IMG/VR virus record: IMGVR_UViG_3300027756_000009
Location: 47 to 64,046 of that record
DNA length: 64,000 nt
Origin: a virus
Taxonomy: Duplodnaviria; Caudoviricetes
Reading direction: 5' to 3' (one strand)
Shown here: positions 1 through 11,100 of the stretch, piece after piece
Position numbering within the stretch: position 1 is the stretch's first letter
Layout: each line of letters opens with the position of its first letter
Notes under the pieces: model-generated
What the model saw: only the letters and a program-made list of their open reading frames with translations
Databases searched by the model: none
Told to the model about the DNA's origin: nothing
Program-made: the position numbers and the translations under genes

Positions 1-2
1 CA

Positions 3-1001
3 GGAACTGGCTTTGGTGATGGCTCTGCAGAAGACCTGGCCTTGTTCCCCACACTCTCTCCTGAAGCCGTGGACCCTAACCAAAGTGCTGCAGAAACTGC
101 AAGACTGGCTCGTAATGCTGCCACTGCTGCCACAGCAGAAAACAATGCACTAGCAGCCGCCGGTAATGCACTCAAGCAACAGGCACAAGAACAACGCACA
201 CTGCAACAACGATACAAGCAGCCCGGCAATCAAGACTGGCGTGTGCGCTTGGTCCTGGCTGAAGGTGCCACTTATCTCTACAAAGATTCCACAAACCAGT
301 TGTTGAAACCCTTGGCCAACAGCAACGGTGTAATTTTTCCTTACACGCCTTCAATAGCAACTTCCTACGTGGCCAACTACGACAAATATGATCTAGTACA
401 CAGCAATTATCGTGGGTATTTTTACAAAAACAGTGCAGTAAACGATGTCAACATCACAGGCATATTCACAGCACAAGACACAGCCGAAGCACAGTATCTC
501 CTGGCAGTGATACATTTTTTCCGCAGTGCTACCAAGATGTTCTATGGCAAAGATCAAGAACGCGGTGCACCTCCGCCTTTGGTGTATCTGGTGGGTTATG
601 GAGAATGGCAATTTGCCGGCCATCCTTGTTTGATCACCAACTTCAACTATAACTTGCCATCGGACGTGGATTACATCCGTGCCAGTTATCCCAACAACTA
701 TGGCATCAACCTGTTGAATCGTCAGAACCCCACATCCACCTCCAGCAGTTCTCAAGGCTCGGTGATCACACGCTTGCTCAATGCTGGGTTGACCAAGGGT
801 GCAGTACCACAGTTGACCACACCCAATCCCAGTGCCACCGGAACCGGCACTGTCAACAACACACAACGACCCACTTATGTGCCCACCAAAATGGAAATTG
901 CCATCACACTCTTGCCGATTAACACTCGCAGTCAGGTCAGTCAACAGTTCAGCGTGAAAGAATTTGCCAATGGCAACTTGCTCAAAGGAGGATTCTGGTA
1001 A
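3..1001 (+). CDS. baseplate/tail-tube initiator-like protein (T4 gp48/gp54 type), 5'-truncated by the window
   Basis: Frame is open from base 3 (GTGFGDGSAEDLALF precedes the TTG at 42). Motifs GVIFPYTPSI..., FTAQ..EA.YLLAVIHFFRS.TKMFYG, PPP.V.L.GYG..QF...PC.IT.F.Y.LP.DVDY fit tube-initiator family; first gene of a baseplate operon; TAATG overlap with next gene. Confidence 0.6.
   Translation, partial: GTGFGDGSAEDLALFPTLSPEAVDPNQSAAETARLARNAATAATAENNALAAAGNALKQQAQEQRTLQQRYKQPGNQDWRVRLVLAEGATYLYKDSTNQLLKPLANSNGVIFPYTPSIATSYVANYDKYDLVHSNYRGYFYKNSAVNDVNITGIFTAQDTAEAQYLLAVIHFFRSATKMFYGKDQERGAPPPLVYLVGYGEWQFAGHPCLITNFNYNLPSDVDYIRASYPNNYGINLLNRQNPTSTSSSSQGSVITRLLNAGLTKGAVPQLTTPNPSATGTGTVNNTQRPTYVPTKMEIAITLLPINTRSQVSQQFSVKEFANGNLLKGGFW
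6..53 (+). repeat. dispersed coding repeat GTGFGDGSAEDLALFPT (copy 1 of 4)
   Basis: 48 bp identical to 4157-4204; related copies at 2750-2797 and 4337-4387. Confidence 0.9.
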
Positions 1002-1300
1002 TGGCCACCTATGACACCACCAGTCCCTATTACAACACATCTTATGTGCAGTTTTATCTTGGACCCATGGTCAATCGCCCTATACCCAAGGAAGACGATG
1101 ACCTTTCGTTTGTGATCAACTCAACCTATCAGTATCGTCCAGATCTCCTGGCCTATGATCTCTATAGTTCAGCAGCTCTGTGGTGGGTGTTTTATCAACG
1201 CAACCCCAACACACTCACAGCACCGCCCTTGGACTTTACTGTGGGCACCAGAATATACCTGCCCAAAATTGGCACATTGAAATCTGTGTTGGGATTCTAA
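1001..1300 (+). CDS. baseplate wedge protein, gp53-like (LysM-related)
   Basis: RPDLLAYDLY...LWWVF...N...P..DF..GT.IYLP pattern typical of gp53/LysM-like wedge proteins; size and position fit. Confidence 0.7.
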   Translation: MATYDTTSPYYNTSYVQFYLGPMVNRPIPKEDDDLSFVINSTYQYRPDLLAYDLYSSAALWWVFYQRNPNTLTAPPLDFTVGTRIYLPKIGTLKSVLGF

Positions 1301-1303
1301 CCC

Positions 1304-4300
1304 ATGGCCACAACAGCACAGATCGAACAAGAATTATCCACACTCCGGGCAACCCTGGGACAGCTTGAAGCTGCCAGGGCTGCCGTCAATCGAGAAATTG
1401 GGACACTAACTGCAGAGAAAGATGAGTTAACTGCTGCTGCTCGTAAACAATATCAAGGCGGCGACCAAGCTGGTGCAGCGGCATTGCGAGCTCAAGCGGC
1501 TCAGCTCGAAGCAAAGATTGGAAACTTGTACAGTAGTCCAGCATTTGCCAACTTAGACGCCGCTGAAAGCAAAATTAGAAGTCTTGAATCTCAGCTATAT
1601 CAAGTAAAACAAAAAGAAGAGTTTGATGCAAAGCAAAACCCGCCAACTGCTTCCGCGGCCCAGACTGCACAAGATGATGCTGCCAAAGGCCCTACTCGGG
1701 CACCTGAGTCAACTATAAATGCCGAAGGGCGCATTCAGCCAGTGTCCACTGCCACTGCACCTACCAATGCTGATGTGCCAGCCACCACTGACACCGGCGG
1801 AGGCGACACTGGTACCAATGCACCTGTCAGAACCCTAAATCAAACACAAGCAACTTCGGGACAGGTCGAACAAGGCCAAGGGCCTACATCAGCCACAAAT
1901 TCTCTCAACCCCAATGCCGCTACTTCGGCACCGTTTATTGGTCCAGGAGATGATGATGCATCAGTTTACTCAACCACTCCTCCCAGTGGTGGGCCAGTCA
2001 ATGGAGATGTCAGTGTCAATGCAGCGTTTGAAAAAATAACTGCTCAGCCCAATCGTCTGGATCAGTATGCCAGCAGCGCCTGGTCAGCATCAGTGTATCT
2101 CCTGACCACTGACCAATACAAGCAGTTGTTGAACAGCAAAAAGAAAAGCATCAATGGCTATCAACTGCTGTTTCAAAGTGCCGGTGCTCCCAACAATGTG
2201 GGTGGTGCTCAAGGCAGTGCACCGGCTGCCGGTGCACCTGATGCCGGTAGAAGTCCTTTTTTCCCCAATGACTTTTACATAGACAGTGTGACCATTGACA
2301 ACAAGTTGCCAGGAAAAGCCACCCGCGCCGCGCACCTGGTGACTGATTTGAAGTTCACAGTGATTGAGCCCTTGGGCATCACCTTGCTGGACCGCCTGTA
2401 TGCTGCGGTACAAGATTTTGCACCCAAGAATGCAGCAGGTGCTGTGAACTACACAGCCTGCCAGTATCTCATGGTGTTGAGATTCTACGGCTACGACGAA
2501 AATGGCAACCTCATAGGAGGAGCATCCAGCAGCAACACCGGTGTCACAAACAACACCACTGTGATAGAAAAATTTATTCCTTTTCTCATAGCCAAGATGA
2601 ATTGGAGTGTGGGATCAAAACTAGTGCAATATGATTTTGAAGCTAACCCAGTGGCACAGATGATTGGCCAAGGTGTGGCCCGCGGTACCATACCGGCTGA
2701 CATACAGATATCCAACAGCACTGTGGGACAACTGCTGAGCGGTATCTCAGGCACTGGATATGGCGACGGCTCAGCTGAAGATCTGGCCTTGTTTGGCAGT
2801 ACTGCACCCACCAATCCCAACGCTGTGGCCAATTTGGAAGCGTCTCACAATGCCCTGGTGGCCGCAGCGGCTGCTCAGAAAAACAATGGTGGCACCACCG
2901 GCGCTCCTCCCAAAGCAAGCTCTGCCCCCACAACCAAATTTGCTGCCAGTCAAGGACTCATGGCTTTTATGAATCAGTTTCAGAAACAACTGGTCAGCGA
3001 TGGTATATTCACCTATGCTGACAGCTACAACATTGTGTTTGCGTCGGGTACTGAAGAAATTAGAGATGCCAGTATTGCACCTCCAGATTCGGGACCCAAA
3101 GACAAGTCAGGTACCAACTCTGCAGCGCCTGCCACAGTAGACCCACAAAATTTATTGGCTGGCAAAACCAGTGTGAATTCCACAATTCGTAGATTTGCTC
3201 TCACAGCCGGACAACAACTGGTGCAGGCCATTGAACTGGCCATTCGCAACAGCACTTATATCTACAACCAAGCTCTTACGGTGGTCGACGCCGACACAGG
3301 CCTCACACAGGCCAATCAGGACAAGTTCAACAAGCCAGTGAACTGGTTCAAAATTACCATGGAAGCCCGACCCAAAGACTATGATCGCAAACGCAATGAT
3401 TATGCCTACGACATAACATTTGTGATCAGTAAATATCTCCTGCAAGATTTTGACAGCAGATATTTTCCAGCCACCCCTTACCGCGGTGTACACAAAAGCT
3501 ATCCCTATTGGTTCACCGGGCAAAATACTTCAGTGATAGATTACACTGCAAGTTTCAATCATCTTTACACTCTCACAGTGAGTGGCAGTTCCAAAGACGA
3601 CGGAGCCGCCGACAGAATTAAAAGAAATTTTACCAGCAGCCAGCAACAAATTTCTAAAATTACATATTCGCCCAGAAGTCAGGAAAGTGATGCAGGAGCA
3701 CCCATTGCACCTGGCGGCAGCGCCAATGAAGTGCCGGCCAGTGCCGCCGAATATCTTTACAATCCGTCAGGTGTGGGCGAAGCCCAATTGAGAATTGTGG
3801 GTGATCCTGCCTGGATACAGCAAGGCAGTTTGTTTGCTGGAGTCAATCCTGTGGAATTCAACTACAGACCGTTTTTGAGTGATGGCACTATAAATTTTGA
3901 TTCTCAACAGGTCATGTATGAAGTGGTATGGCAACGACCCGAAGACTTTGATCTACAGTCAGGTCTGGCCGATCCATATTCTCGCACTCAAAAAATCACT
4001 GGTGATCGACAACCTATTCAAAGCTATGTGTACTTGGCCACACAATGCACCAGCGAATTCCGTGGCGGCAAGTTTGAACAAGTTCTACACGGTAAATTCT
4101 ATCCGTTCTACACTGGCAACAACAAAGCACCCACTGCACCAACACCGGCTGTTGGCACTGGCTTTGGTGATGGCTCTGCAGAAGACCTGGCCTTGTTCCC
4201 CACAATTGCACCCACAGGCACACGCAATCCCGGTGGTCTGGCCAAACGTGGATTGCAAGCAGCCCCATCACGACTGAGTGGCCAGAATCCCTTGGCAGCT

Positions 4301-4570
4301 CCTGAAAACCCATTTTCAGCCGCAGGTGCACTGAGTGGCACCGGTTTCGGTGATGGCTCTGCAGAAGACCTGGCCTTGTTCCCCACTATTCCGCCCACAG
4401 CAGTCACCAGTGGCGGCGCTGTGGTTGGTGCCGGTCCGGCAATTGCCGGTGCAGTCAACAATGCAGCCAATGCCTTGCGTGGACTAAACGTGCCCTTGAA
4501 AATTCCCAATGCTGACAACATAGGTGATATAACTACAGCAGCTGGTCAAATTATGGCCAAAGAATTTTAA
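1304..4570 (+). CDS. probable baseplate hub-like structural protein with N-terminal coiled coil and low-complexity linkers
   Basis: Between gp53-like and gp5-like genes; globular core (FYIDSVTI...FTVIEPLGITLLDRL; LRIVGDPAW..Q; F..G.FEQVL.G) resembles hub/late-control proteins; A/T/G/P-rich linkers. Confidence 0.45.
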   Translation: MATTAQIEQELSTLRATLGQLEAARAAVNREIGTLTAEKDELTAAARKQYQGGDQAGAAALRAQAAQLEAKIGNLYSSPAFANLDAAESKIRSLESQLYQVKQKEEFDAKQNPPTASAAQTAQDDAAKGPTRAPESTINAEGRIQPVSTATAPTNADVPATTDTGGGDTGTNAPVRTLNQTQATSGQVEQGQGPTSATNSLNPNAATSAPFIGPGDDDASVYSTTPPSGGPVNGDVSVNAAFEKITAQPNRLDQYASSAWSASVYLLTTDQYKQLLNSKKKSINGYQLLFQSAGAPNNVGGAQGSAPAAGAPDAGRSPFFPNDFYIDSVTIDNKLPGKATRAAHLVTDLKFTVIEPLGITLLDRLYAAVQDFAPKNAAGAVNYTACQYLMVLRFYGYDENGNLIGGASSSNTGVTNNTTVIEKFIPFLIAKMNWSVGSKLVQYDFEANPVAQMIGQGVARGTIPADIQISNSTVGQLLSGISGTGYGDGSAEDLALFGSTAPTNPNAVANLEASHNALVAAAAAQKNNGGTTGAPPKASSAPTTKFAASQGLMAFMNQFQKQLVSDGIFTYADSYNIVFASGTEEIRDASIAPPDSGPKDKSGTNSAAPATVDPQNLLAGKTSVNSTIRRFALTAGQQLVQAIELAIRNSTYIYNQALTVVDADTGLTQANQDKFNKPVNWFKITMEARPKDYDRKRNDYAYDITFVISKYLLQDFDSRYFPATPYRGVHKSYPYWFTGQNTSVIDYTASFNHLYTLTVSGSSKDDGAADRIKRNFTSSQQQISKITYSPRSQESDAGAPIAPGGSANEVPASAAEYLYNPSGVGEAQLRIVGDPAWIQQGSLFAGVNPVEFNYRPFLSDGTINFDSQQVMYEVVWQRPEDFDLQSGLADPYSRTQKITGDRQPIQSYVYLATQCTSEFRGGKFEQVLHGKFYPFYTGNNKAPTAPTPAVGTGFGDGSAEDLALFPTIAPTGTRNPGGLAKRGLQAAPSRLSGQNPLAAPENPFSAAGALSGTGFGDGSAEDLALFPTIPPTAVTSGGAVVGAGPAIAGAVNNAANALRGLNVPLKIPNADNIGDITTAAGQIMAKEF

Positions 4571-4579
4571 GGAACACAC

Positions 4580-6088
4580 ATGGTAGACAATATTCAACGC
4601 AGTCGAGGAAGACCAGTCAATTACAAATTGGATCGTGGTGGGGTTCCTGCTGAAGGAGGTCCGTTCCTGGGTATAGTGATGAACAATGTGGATCCCACAC
4701 GCAGTGGATCTCTATGGGTGTATATTGAAACATTTGGTGCTGGCAACATGCAAGACGATAACAAGTGGGTCAAAGTTCGGTACATGCCCAGTTTCTTTGG
4801 CAGTACCCCGCTGCCCAACAGCAAAGGCGTGAATGATAAAGTAGGGACATATCCAGGCAATCAAAACAGTTATGGCATGTGGTTCACCCCGCCTGACATT
4901 GGCGTGACTGTGATGTGTATCTTTGTGAATGGCCGTAGAGATCAAGGATTTTATATTGGGGTAGTGCCTGAAGAAGGGCTGGGTCACATGGTGCCAGGCA
5001 TAGCTGCGTCTTCAGAGTTTGACACTGGAAATCAAAATCAAGCCGCGTATTCCAAAGGTGCTGGCCGACTACCCGTGACAGAAATCAACACACTAAACCA
5101 AGACATTTTTAACAACCCAAAATTTTATGCACAAAAAAAACCAGTGCAAAGCTACGTGTCAGCAGTGTTGTTTCAACAGGGACTGTTGAAAGATTTTGAA
5201 CGTGGCACCATCAGCAGCAGCAGTCAACGAGAAAGCCCCAGTTCAGTGTTTGGTGTGTCAACACCAGGACGAGCTGTCTATCAAGGCGGCATGACACCCG
5301 AAGACATTCGACAGCGTGTGAATGGCAGTGAAGTTCGTGGTGATCAAGCTGCGGTCATTGGTCGAGTGGGTGGACACAGTCTAGTCATGGACGACGGTGA
5401 CATCAGCAGTGCCAATCAGATGATGCGACTGAGAACCACCAATGGGCATCAGATTACCATGAGTGATTCAGGCAATTTTTTGTACATAATTCATGCCAAC
5501 GGACAAACTTGGATCGAACTCGGAGCACAAGGTACTGTGGATGTGTTCAGCACCAACAGCATAAATCTGCGCAGCCAGGGCGACATCAACCTGCATGCTG
5601 ACCGAGATATCAACATGTATGCTGGTCGTAACTTCAAGGCCAAGAGTGAAAAAACCATGCAACTGGAAAGCATGACCGACATTGTGATGGATGCACAAAC
5701 CAACATCACAATCTACAGCAAAGCCACAATTGGAGTCAAATGTGATGGCACATTGACTTTGAACAGTGCTGGAGGATCATGGGGTGCAGGGTCTGACCTG
5801 CGTTTGCAAGCCGGTGGCATTGATTTGAATGGCCCAGCAGCTGACCGAGTGACCACTCCCAATCCCATCACAAAAACTCTGCTGGACGACACTGCTTTTT
5901 CTACCAGCACAGGATGGGTGGTAAAACCAAAAGATCTGACCAGCATAGTGAGTCGAGCCCCCACACATGAGCCTTATCCTTATCACAATCTTGGTGTGGA
6001 TGCCAAAATCAAATTTGAAGAGGGCAAGCCTACCCCGCCACCCGGAGCACCTGTTGTGCCGGCCGGCACAACATTCAAAGCATTATGA
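4580..6088 (+). CDS. central spike protein, gp5/VgrG-like (OB fold plus beta-helix), no obvious lysozyme domain
   Basis: GIVMNNVDP.RSG.L.V, MWF.PPDIG..V...F.NG (OB fold); GH..VMDDG, GHQITMSD, IEL...G.VDVFS..SINL...GDINLHAD.DINM (beta-helix); AGGA SD. Confidence 0.75.
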   Translation: MVDNIQRSRGRPVNYKLDRGGVPAEGGPFLGIVMNNVDPTRSGSLWVYIETFGAGNMQDDNKWVKVRYMPSFFGSTPLPNSKGVNDKVGTYPGNQNSYGMWFTPPDIGVTVMCIFVNGRRDQGFYIGVVPEEGLGHMVPGIAASSEFDTGNQNQAAYSKGAGRLPVTEINTLNQDIFNNPKFYAQKKPVQSYVSAVLFQQGLLKDFERGTISSSSQRESPSSVFGVSTPGRAVYQGGMTPEDIRQRVNGSEVRGDQAAVIGRVGGHSLVMDDGDISSANQMMRLRTTNGHQITMSDSGNFLYIIHANGQTWIELGAQGTVDVFSTNSINLRSQGDINLHADRDINMYAGRNFKAKSEKTMQLESMTDIVMDAQTNITIYSKATIGVKCDGTLTLNSAGGSWGAGSDLRLQAGGIDLNGPAADRVTTPNPITKTLLDDTAFSTSTGWVVKPKDLTSIVSRAPTHEPYPYHNLGVDAKIKFEEGKPTPPPGAPVVPAGTTFKAL

Positions 6089-7689
6089 GCTCATTTACCT
6101 TTGATCTCAGCAGTCTCAGTGGGGTCACCGGATCGGTGGCATCATTTGAGACTGGACTAAGTGCCAATACCCCCAATGACAAACTGACATATTCTGGTCA
6201 AGATCCCATAGTATGGGACAGAGTCAACAACGAACGTCTTCGCAGGGGACTGGATCCGTTGCCTGGCACAAGACCGGTGGATGATGGAAAAACTTATGGA
6301 GCCCAACGAGGCGCACCACCGGCCAGCACTGCACCAAACAGACCCTTGACCGAAGCTGAAAAAGCTCAGGCCGCTGCTGTAGCAAAACAGTTTGGATTGC
6401 CGGATCCTGTGGCAGTATCAAAAACATTTGAAGTCACCTGCCCACCAGGTACCACACGTGAACAAGCATTTGCAATTTTTAAACAACAGGCCGACGCCGG
6501 CGGGCTTGCTGGATTTTCTCCAGGCGATATTCTCAGCTCAGAAACACAGGCCGCTGATGGTTTGCCAGGTGCCTTGGCTCAGGTGGGACAGGGACTGTCA
6601 GGAATAACCGGAGCCTTTGGAGCAAACATACCCGGAGCACCGGGAGCAATTGGATCATTGAGTCAAATAGATGCGCTGGCCAAAGGCGGGCTGCCGAACA
6701 TGCCCGGTGTCAATGCTGTGACGTCGGGAGGAATCCCGTCAACCAGGAGTATTGCAGCCGGCGCTGTGGCTGCGGTAGGCGGTGCATTGAGTTCAAAAGT
6801 TTCGACCAATCCCATTGGCCTTGCTGATTTTGCCAAACAAGCACCGGCATTGACCGGCATTGGCAGCATGAGTTTGCCAGACGTGACGGCAGTGTTGGCT
6901 CAAGCCAAGAAAAATGTGGGGCAAAGCAGCACTGCCATTAGCAACAGTCTGGGAGCAGGTGAATTTGGACTGAATGTGAGCCAACTGGAGTCTGCTGGCA
7001 TAGTCAAGCCAGGCACCAACAGTTTGATCACAGCTGGCAGTTCTCTTACTGATGTGCTCAAAAGTCCAGCAGTGTTCACCGGCAAAGGCGGCATCAACAA
7101 CTTGGATAATTTTTTAGCATCATCTCCTGCACAATCTCAAACCATGCAAGGTCTAATGAACAAGGGTCTAAACAATCTTTCTTCCCTGGGCGTGCCCACA
7201 GACAAATTGACAGCTCAAGGCGCAGGTGCACTGGGACTAGGCTCAGCTATGGCAGCAGGCAATTTTGGCGAATTTACAAACCTCATTAAAGGCGCTCCTA
7301 TACCTGCTGCAAGCAAGGCCAAATTTGACAAAGATTTTGCAGACGCTGCTGCGGCCATCTCCTTGGGCGAAACAAAAATCCCTGCAGAATTCAAAGCCGA
7401 AATTGTGCCAGAAGTTTCAGGGGACACAGTGAATCGTGACACAGTGACTGGCGCACTCACAAGAATGCTTGGTGATGCCAAAATTCCCGTACCAAATTTT
7501 TCATCACTGGAAAGTGGATTGTACGCAAAAACCAAAGATGAAGACTTGATTTATACCGGTCGAGACAGCATAGTTTGGGACCGAAGCAATGCTGAACGTT
7601 TGCGTCGTGGCCTGCCTGGCTTGGCTGAAATAGGATATCCGCGCCCGCCTGACGATGCAATACCTGCTCGCAAGCCGTTTGGGCGATAA
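6085..7689 (+). CDS. hypothetical virion/baseplate-associated protein with a duplicated terminal motif
   Basis: ATGA-coupled to spike gene; G/A-rich; Y.G.D.IVWDR.N.ERLRRGL motif near both ends. Confidence 0.5.
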   Translation: MSSFTFDLSSLSGVTGSVASFETGLSANTPNDKLTYSGQDPIVWDRVNNERLRRGLDPLPGTRPVDDGKTYGAQRGAPPASTAPNRPLTEAEKAQAAAVAKQFGLPDPVAVSKTFEVTCPPGTTREQAFAIFKQQADAGGLAGFSPGDILSSETQAADGLPGALAQVGQGLSGITGAFGANIPGAPGAIGSLSQIDALAKGGLPNMPGVNAVTSGGIPSTRSIAAGAVAAVGGALSSKVSTNPIGLADFAKQAPALTGIGSMSLPDVTAVLAQAKKNVGQSSTAISNSLGAGEFGLNVSQLESAGIVKPGTNSLITAGSSLTDVLKSPAVFTGKGGINNLDNFLASSPAQSQTMQGLMNKGLNNLSSLGVPTDKLTAQGAGALGLGSAMAAGNFGEFTNLIKGAPIPAASKAKFDKDFADAAAAISLGETKIPAEFKAEIVPEVSGDTVNRDTVTGALTRMLGDAKIPVPNFSSLESGLYAKTKDEDLIYTGRDSIVWDRSNAERLRRGLPGLAEIGYPRPPDDAIPARKPFGR

Positions 7690-7697
7690 TCAGGCAC

Positions 7698-7705
7698 CAT
7701 AAATA
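7698..7705 (+). promoter_or_regulatory. late promoter variant CATAAATA
   Basis: 5 nt before gp25-like ATG. Confidence 0.55.
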
Positions 7706-7710
7706 TCAGC

Positions 7711-8088
7711 ATGGCACAAACATTCATTGGATTTAACACACAGAATCAATATAAAAAATTCACACTCACTGGATTTGAACTGATCAAACGTGATCTGTTG
7801 AATGCATTTAACATACGACAGGGCCAGTTGCCAGGTCGTCCAGGGTATGGTACCATCTTGTGGGATTATCTGTTTGAGCCGCAGGTGGAACAAGTACAAA
7901 CCAATATCACCAACGAAGTGCAACGAGTGGCTGGAGGAGATCCTAGAGTTTTTATTTCAGACATACAGGTCAGCCCTCAACTGAATGGCATTTTAATAGA
8001 AATTGAACTCACAGTGGTGCCCAGTACTAATGCAGAAAGACTAGCTATATTTTTTGACCTTCAGCAACGCAACGCCAGTTACGTATAA
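7711..8088 (+). CDS. baseplate wedge protein gp25-like (GPW/gp25 family)
   Basis: IKRDLLN.FNIRQG...GRP.YGT.LWD.LFEP ... DPRV; 125 aa; CATAAATA just upstream. Confidence 0.85.
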   Translation: MAQTFIGFNTQNQYKKFTLTGFELIKRDLLNAFNIRQGQLPGRPGYGTILWDYLFEPQVEQVQTNITNEVQRVAGGDPRVFISDIQVSPQLNGILIEIELTVVPSTNAERLAIFFDLQQRNASYV

Positions 8089-8107
8089 CTACGCCGTTTT
8101 TTCTGTC

Positions 8108-8115
8108 CATAAATA
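8108..8115 (+). promoter_or_regulatory. late promoter variant CATAAATA
   Basis: Intergenic, upstream of gp6-like gene. Confidence 0.55.
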
Positions 8116-8134
8116 AAACACAGGCACTGGAACC

Positions 8135-11100
8135 ATGGCAACCACAACTAGACAAACAGCAATTTTTGGCGTTGAAGATTGGAAACAAATCTATCAAACC
8201 TATCGTGAAGCAGATTTTCAAAGCTATGATTTTGAAACCTTGCGAAAAAGTTTTGTTGACTATCTACGTTTGTACTATCCAGAAACTTTCAACGACTATA
8301 TTGAAAGTTCCGAATACATTGCTTTACTAGACGTTATTGCGTTCATGGGACAGGCTCTGGCTTTTCGCACAGACCTTAACACCAGAGAAAATTACATAGA
8401 CACAGCCGAACGCAGGGATTCTGTAGTGCGCTTGGCCAATCTGGTAAGTTACACAGCCAAGCGCAACACTGCTGCACAAGGATTGTTGAAAGTTTTCAGC
8501 GTGGTCACCACAGAAAATGTGGTGGATTACAATGGTGTAAATCTAAGCAATGTCACAGTAGACTGGGCTGATCCTACCAATCCTGACTGGCAAGAACAAT
8601 TCACAGCCATCATAAATGCCAGTTTGGTAGACACACAGCGTGTGGGACGCCCGGGCAATCGTCAAAACATACTGAGCGTGAGAACTGATGAATACAGCAT
8701 TAATCTTGTGCCTGGATATCTTCCGGTGATTCCGTATTCGGCCACTGTGGATGGAATCAACATGCCATTCGAAGCCATCACATCAACCAGTGTTGGCGAA
8801 AATTATTTGTATGAACCCTCGCCCCGGCCCAATGTGCCATTTAATATACTATTTCGCAATGATCAATTGGGATTTCAATCTGCCAACACAGGATACTTTT
8901 TTTCATTCAAACAAGGTGTTTTACAAAACCAAGATTTTAACTTGGCCGAACGCACAGCCAATCGCACAGTGGATATCAATGTTGAGGGAGTCAACAATGA
9001 AGATCGTTGGTTGTTTCAGCTAGACAACACCGGTACCGTCAGCAAAGAGTGGACCTATGTTGAAAATATCTATGCTGCTGCGGCTGAACAACTGGCCACG
9101 CAACTACGACCCATCTACACTGTGACTTCTCGCACCAACGATCAAATCACCATGGTATTTGGAGATGGAGTATTCTCAGAGATACCTGTGGGCACATTCC
9201 GTGCATATGTCAGAGCCTCCAATGGACTGCAATACATTATCAATCCTGAAGAAATGCAATCAGTCACACTGCCCATCAGTTATGTTGATCGCAACGGCAA
9301 TCTGCAGACCATTACATTCACCTGCGGTATCACACAACCAGTCAGCAACAGTCAGGCACGTGAACCCATTGATGAAATCAAACAGCGAGCACCTGCTGGT
9401 TACTACACACAAAATCGCATGGTCAATGGCGAAGATTACAATTTGTTTCCCTACACCAAATACAACAGCATTGTAAAAAGCAAAGCACTGAATCGTGCCA
9501 GCATAGGCACCAGTCGTTATCTTGACCTTGTGGACAATACCGGCAAATACAGTTCAACCAACACATTTGCGTCTGATGGTGCGCTGTGGGAACAATTAAT
9601 ATTGCCAACCATATTGTTTTCCTGGATCAATCGCAATGAAATTGCTGATGTGATTACCAATCAAGTGTCCCCAGGCATTGCCAACACCACCATGCGACAG
9701 TTTTATTATGCCAACTTTCCTAGAGAGTCTGTGAATACCGGTACCACTGCTCTGAGCACCTGGAATCAAAGCACCACACTGACCAACGAAACCACTGGCT
9801 ATTTTAAAAATGCCGCAGGTGCTGCTGTCCCTGTGGGCCAAGTGTTGAATTTCAACAACAATCCATTTTATTTTGTGGCAGTGGGCAGCTTGATCAAGTT
9901 TGTGCCACCCACTGGATATTATTTTGACAGCAACAACAGACTGGCTGTTGGCACACCCACTCGAGCCGACGAACGACTGGAAATCTGGGCCAGCCCTCTC
10001 AACATTGTGGGCGACGGATACAACAACGGTCTTGGCAATTTTACTTCAGGAATTGGACCAATCACTCTCAACAATTTTGTGCCCACTGGTGCCATTGTTG
10101 ACACTGTGATTCCGCTGTTTGTAACAGACTTGCCATTGAGTTTTCAACAACAAATGATTGAACAGATTTTACTGTATCGTAATTTTGGCATTGGCTACGA
10201 CAGCACAGGCACCATAACTGGCACACCCTACAGCTGGTATTTGATCACTCAACAAAATCTTGACGCATACACTGGCAGCAGTCACCCGGCTACCTGGAGC
10301 CAACAGTATGCTGGCAACGCATCAGGACACAATCTTGACGCCAGTTGGCTGGTACAATTTGTGGTGCAAAATCAAAACTACACTATTACTCTTCGGGGAT
10401 TGGAATACAATTTTGGCAGTGTTTTACAAACCAGATTTTTTTACTACGACGGCGGAAAAATTTATGATAGTAGAACAGGCACAGTGATCAGTGACTTTAT
10501 CAATGTGTTGGCAGTCAACACGCAACCCAATTCAACCGATCACTTGTATGGCGATATCTACATGACCATCAAAGGTCAGCCAGTGGAAAGCGATGGGTAT
10601 GTGGACGATTTTCAGGTGCTGGTAGGCTATCGAGACAGTGACCTGGATGGGGTTCCTGACAATCCTGATTTCTTTGAAGAAATTGTAGGGCCTGTTCCGG
10701 CCACACCTACTGCAAATTCTCCCCGAGTGTTTTTGCAACAAACAGTGGATTTTGACAATTTGCAAAGATATCTGCTGGTAGAACCTGGCACGGTCAACGA
10801 CAGTTATGCCACCTATGACGATATTGAATTAGAAAAGTTATCCTGGAGCCCAGGACAAATATTTTATGCCTACAGTCAAGATACATTTTGGTTGCTGAGC
10901 ATCAGTATCAATGGTTCTAGAACGCTGGTGCAACAGTCGGGTTGGATTGCCAGATCAGGACGTCAGGCCTTGTATTTTCAGTATCGTCACAATGCACCAT
11001 TGACTGCAAGAATTGATCCGGGCACCACCAACATCATTGACATCTATGTGGTAACCCTGGCCTACTACACTGCCTATCAAAATTGGATAAAAGACACTAC

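Noticed and set aside
6-4387. 48-bp repeat as DGR template/variable pair or att site
   Set aside because: No adenine-specific mismatches, and no reverse transcriptase or integrase in the window; copies are in frame in coding linkers.
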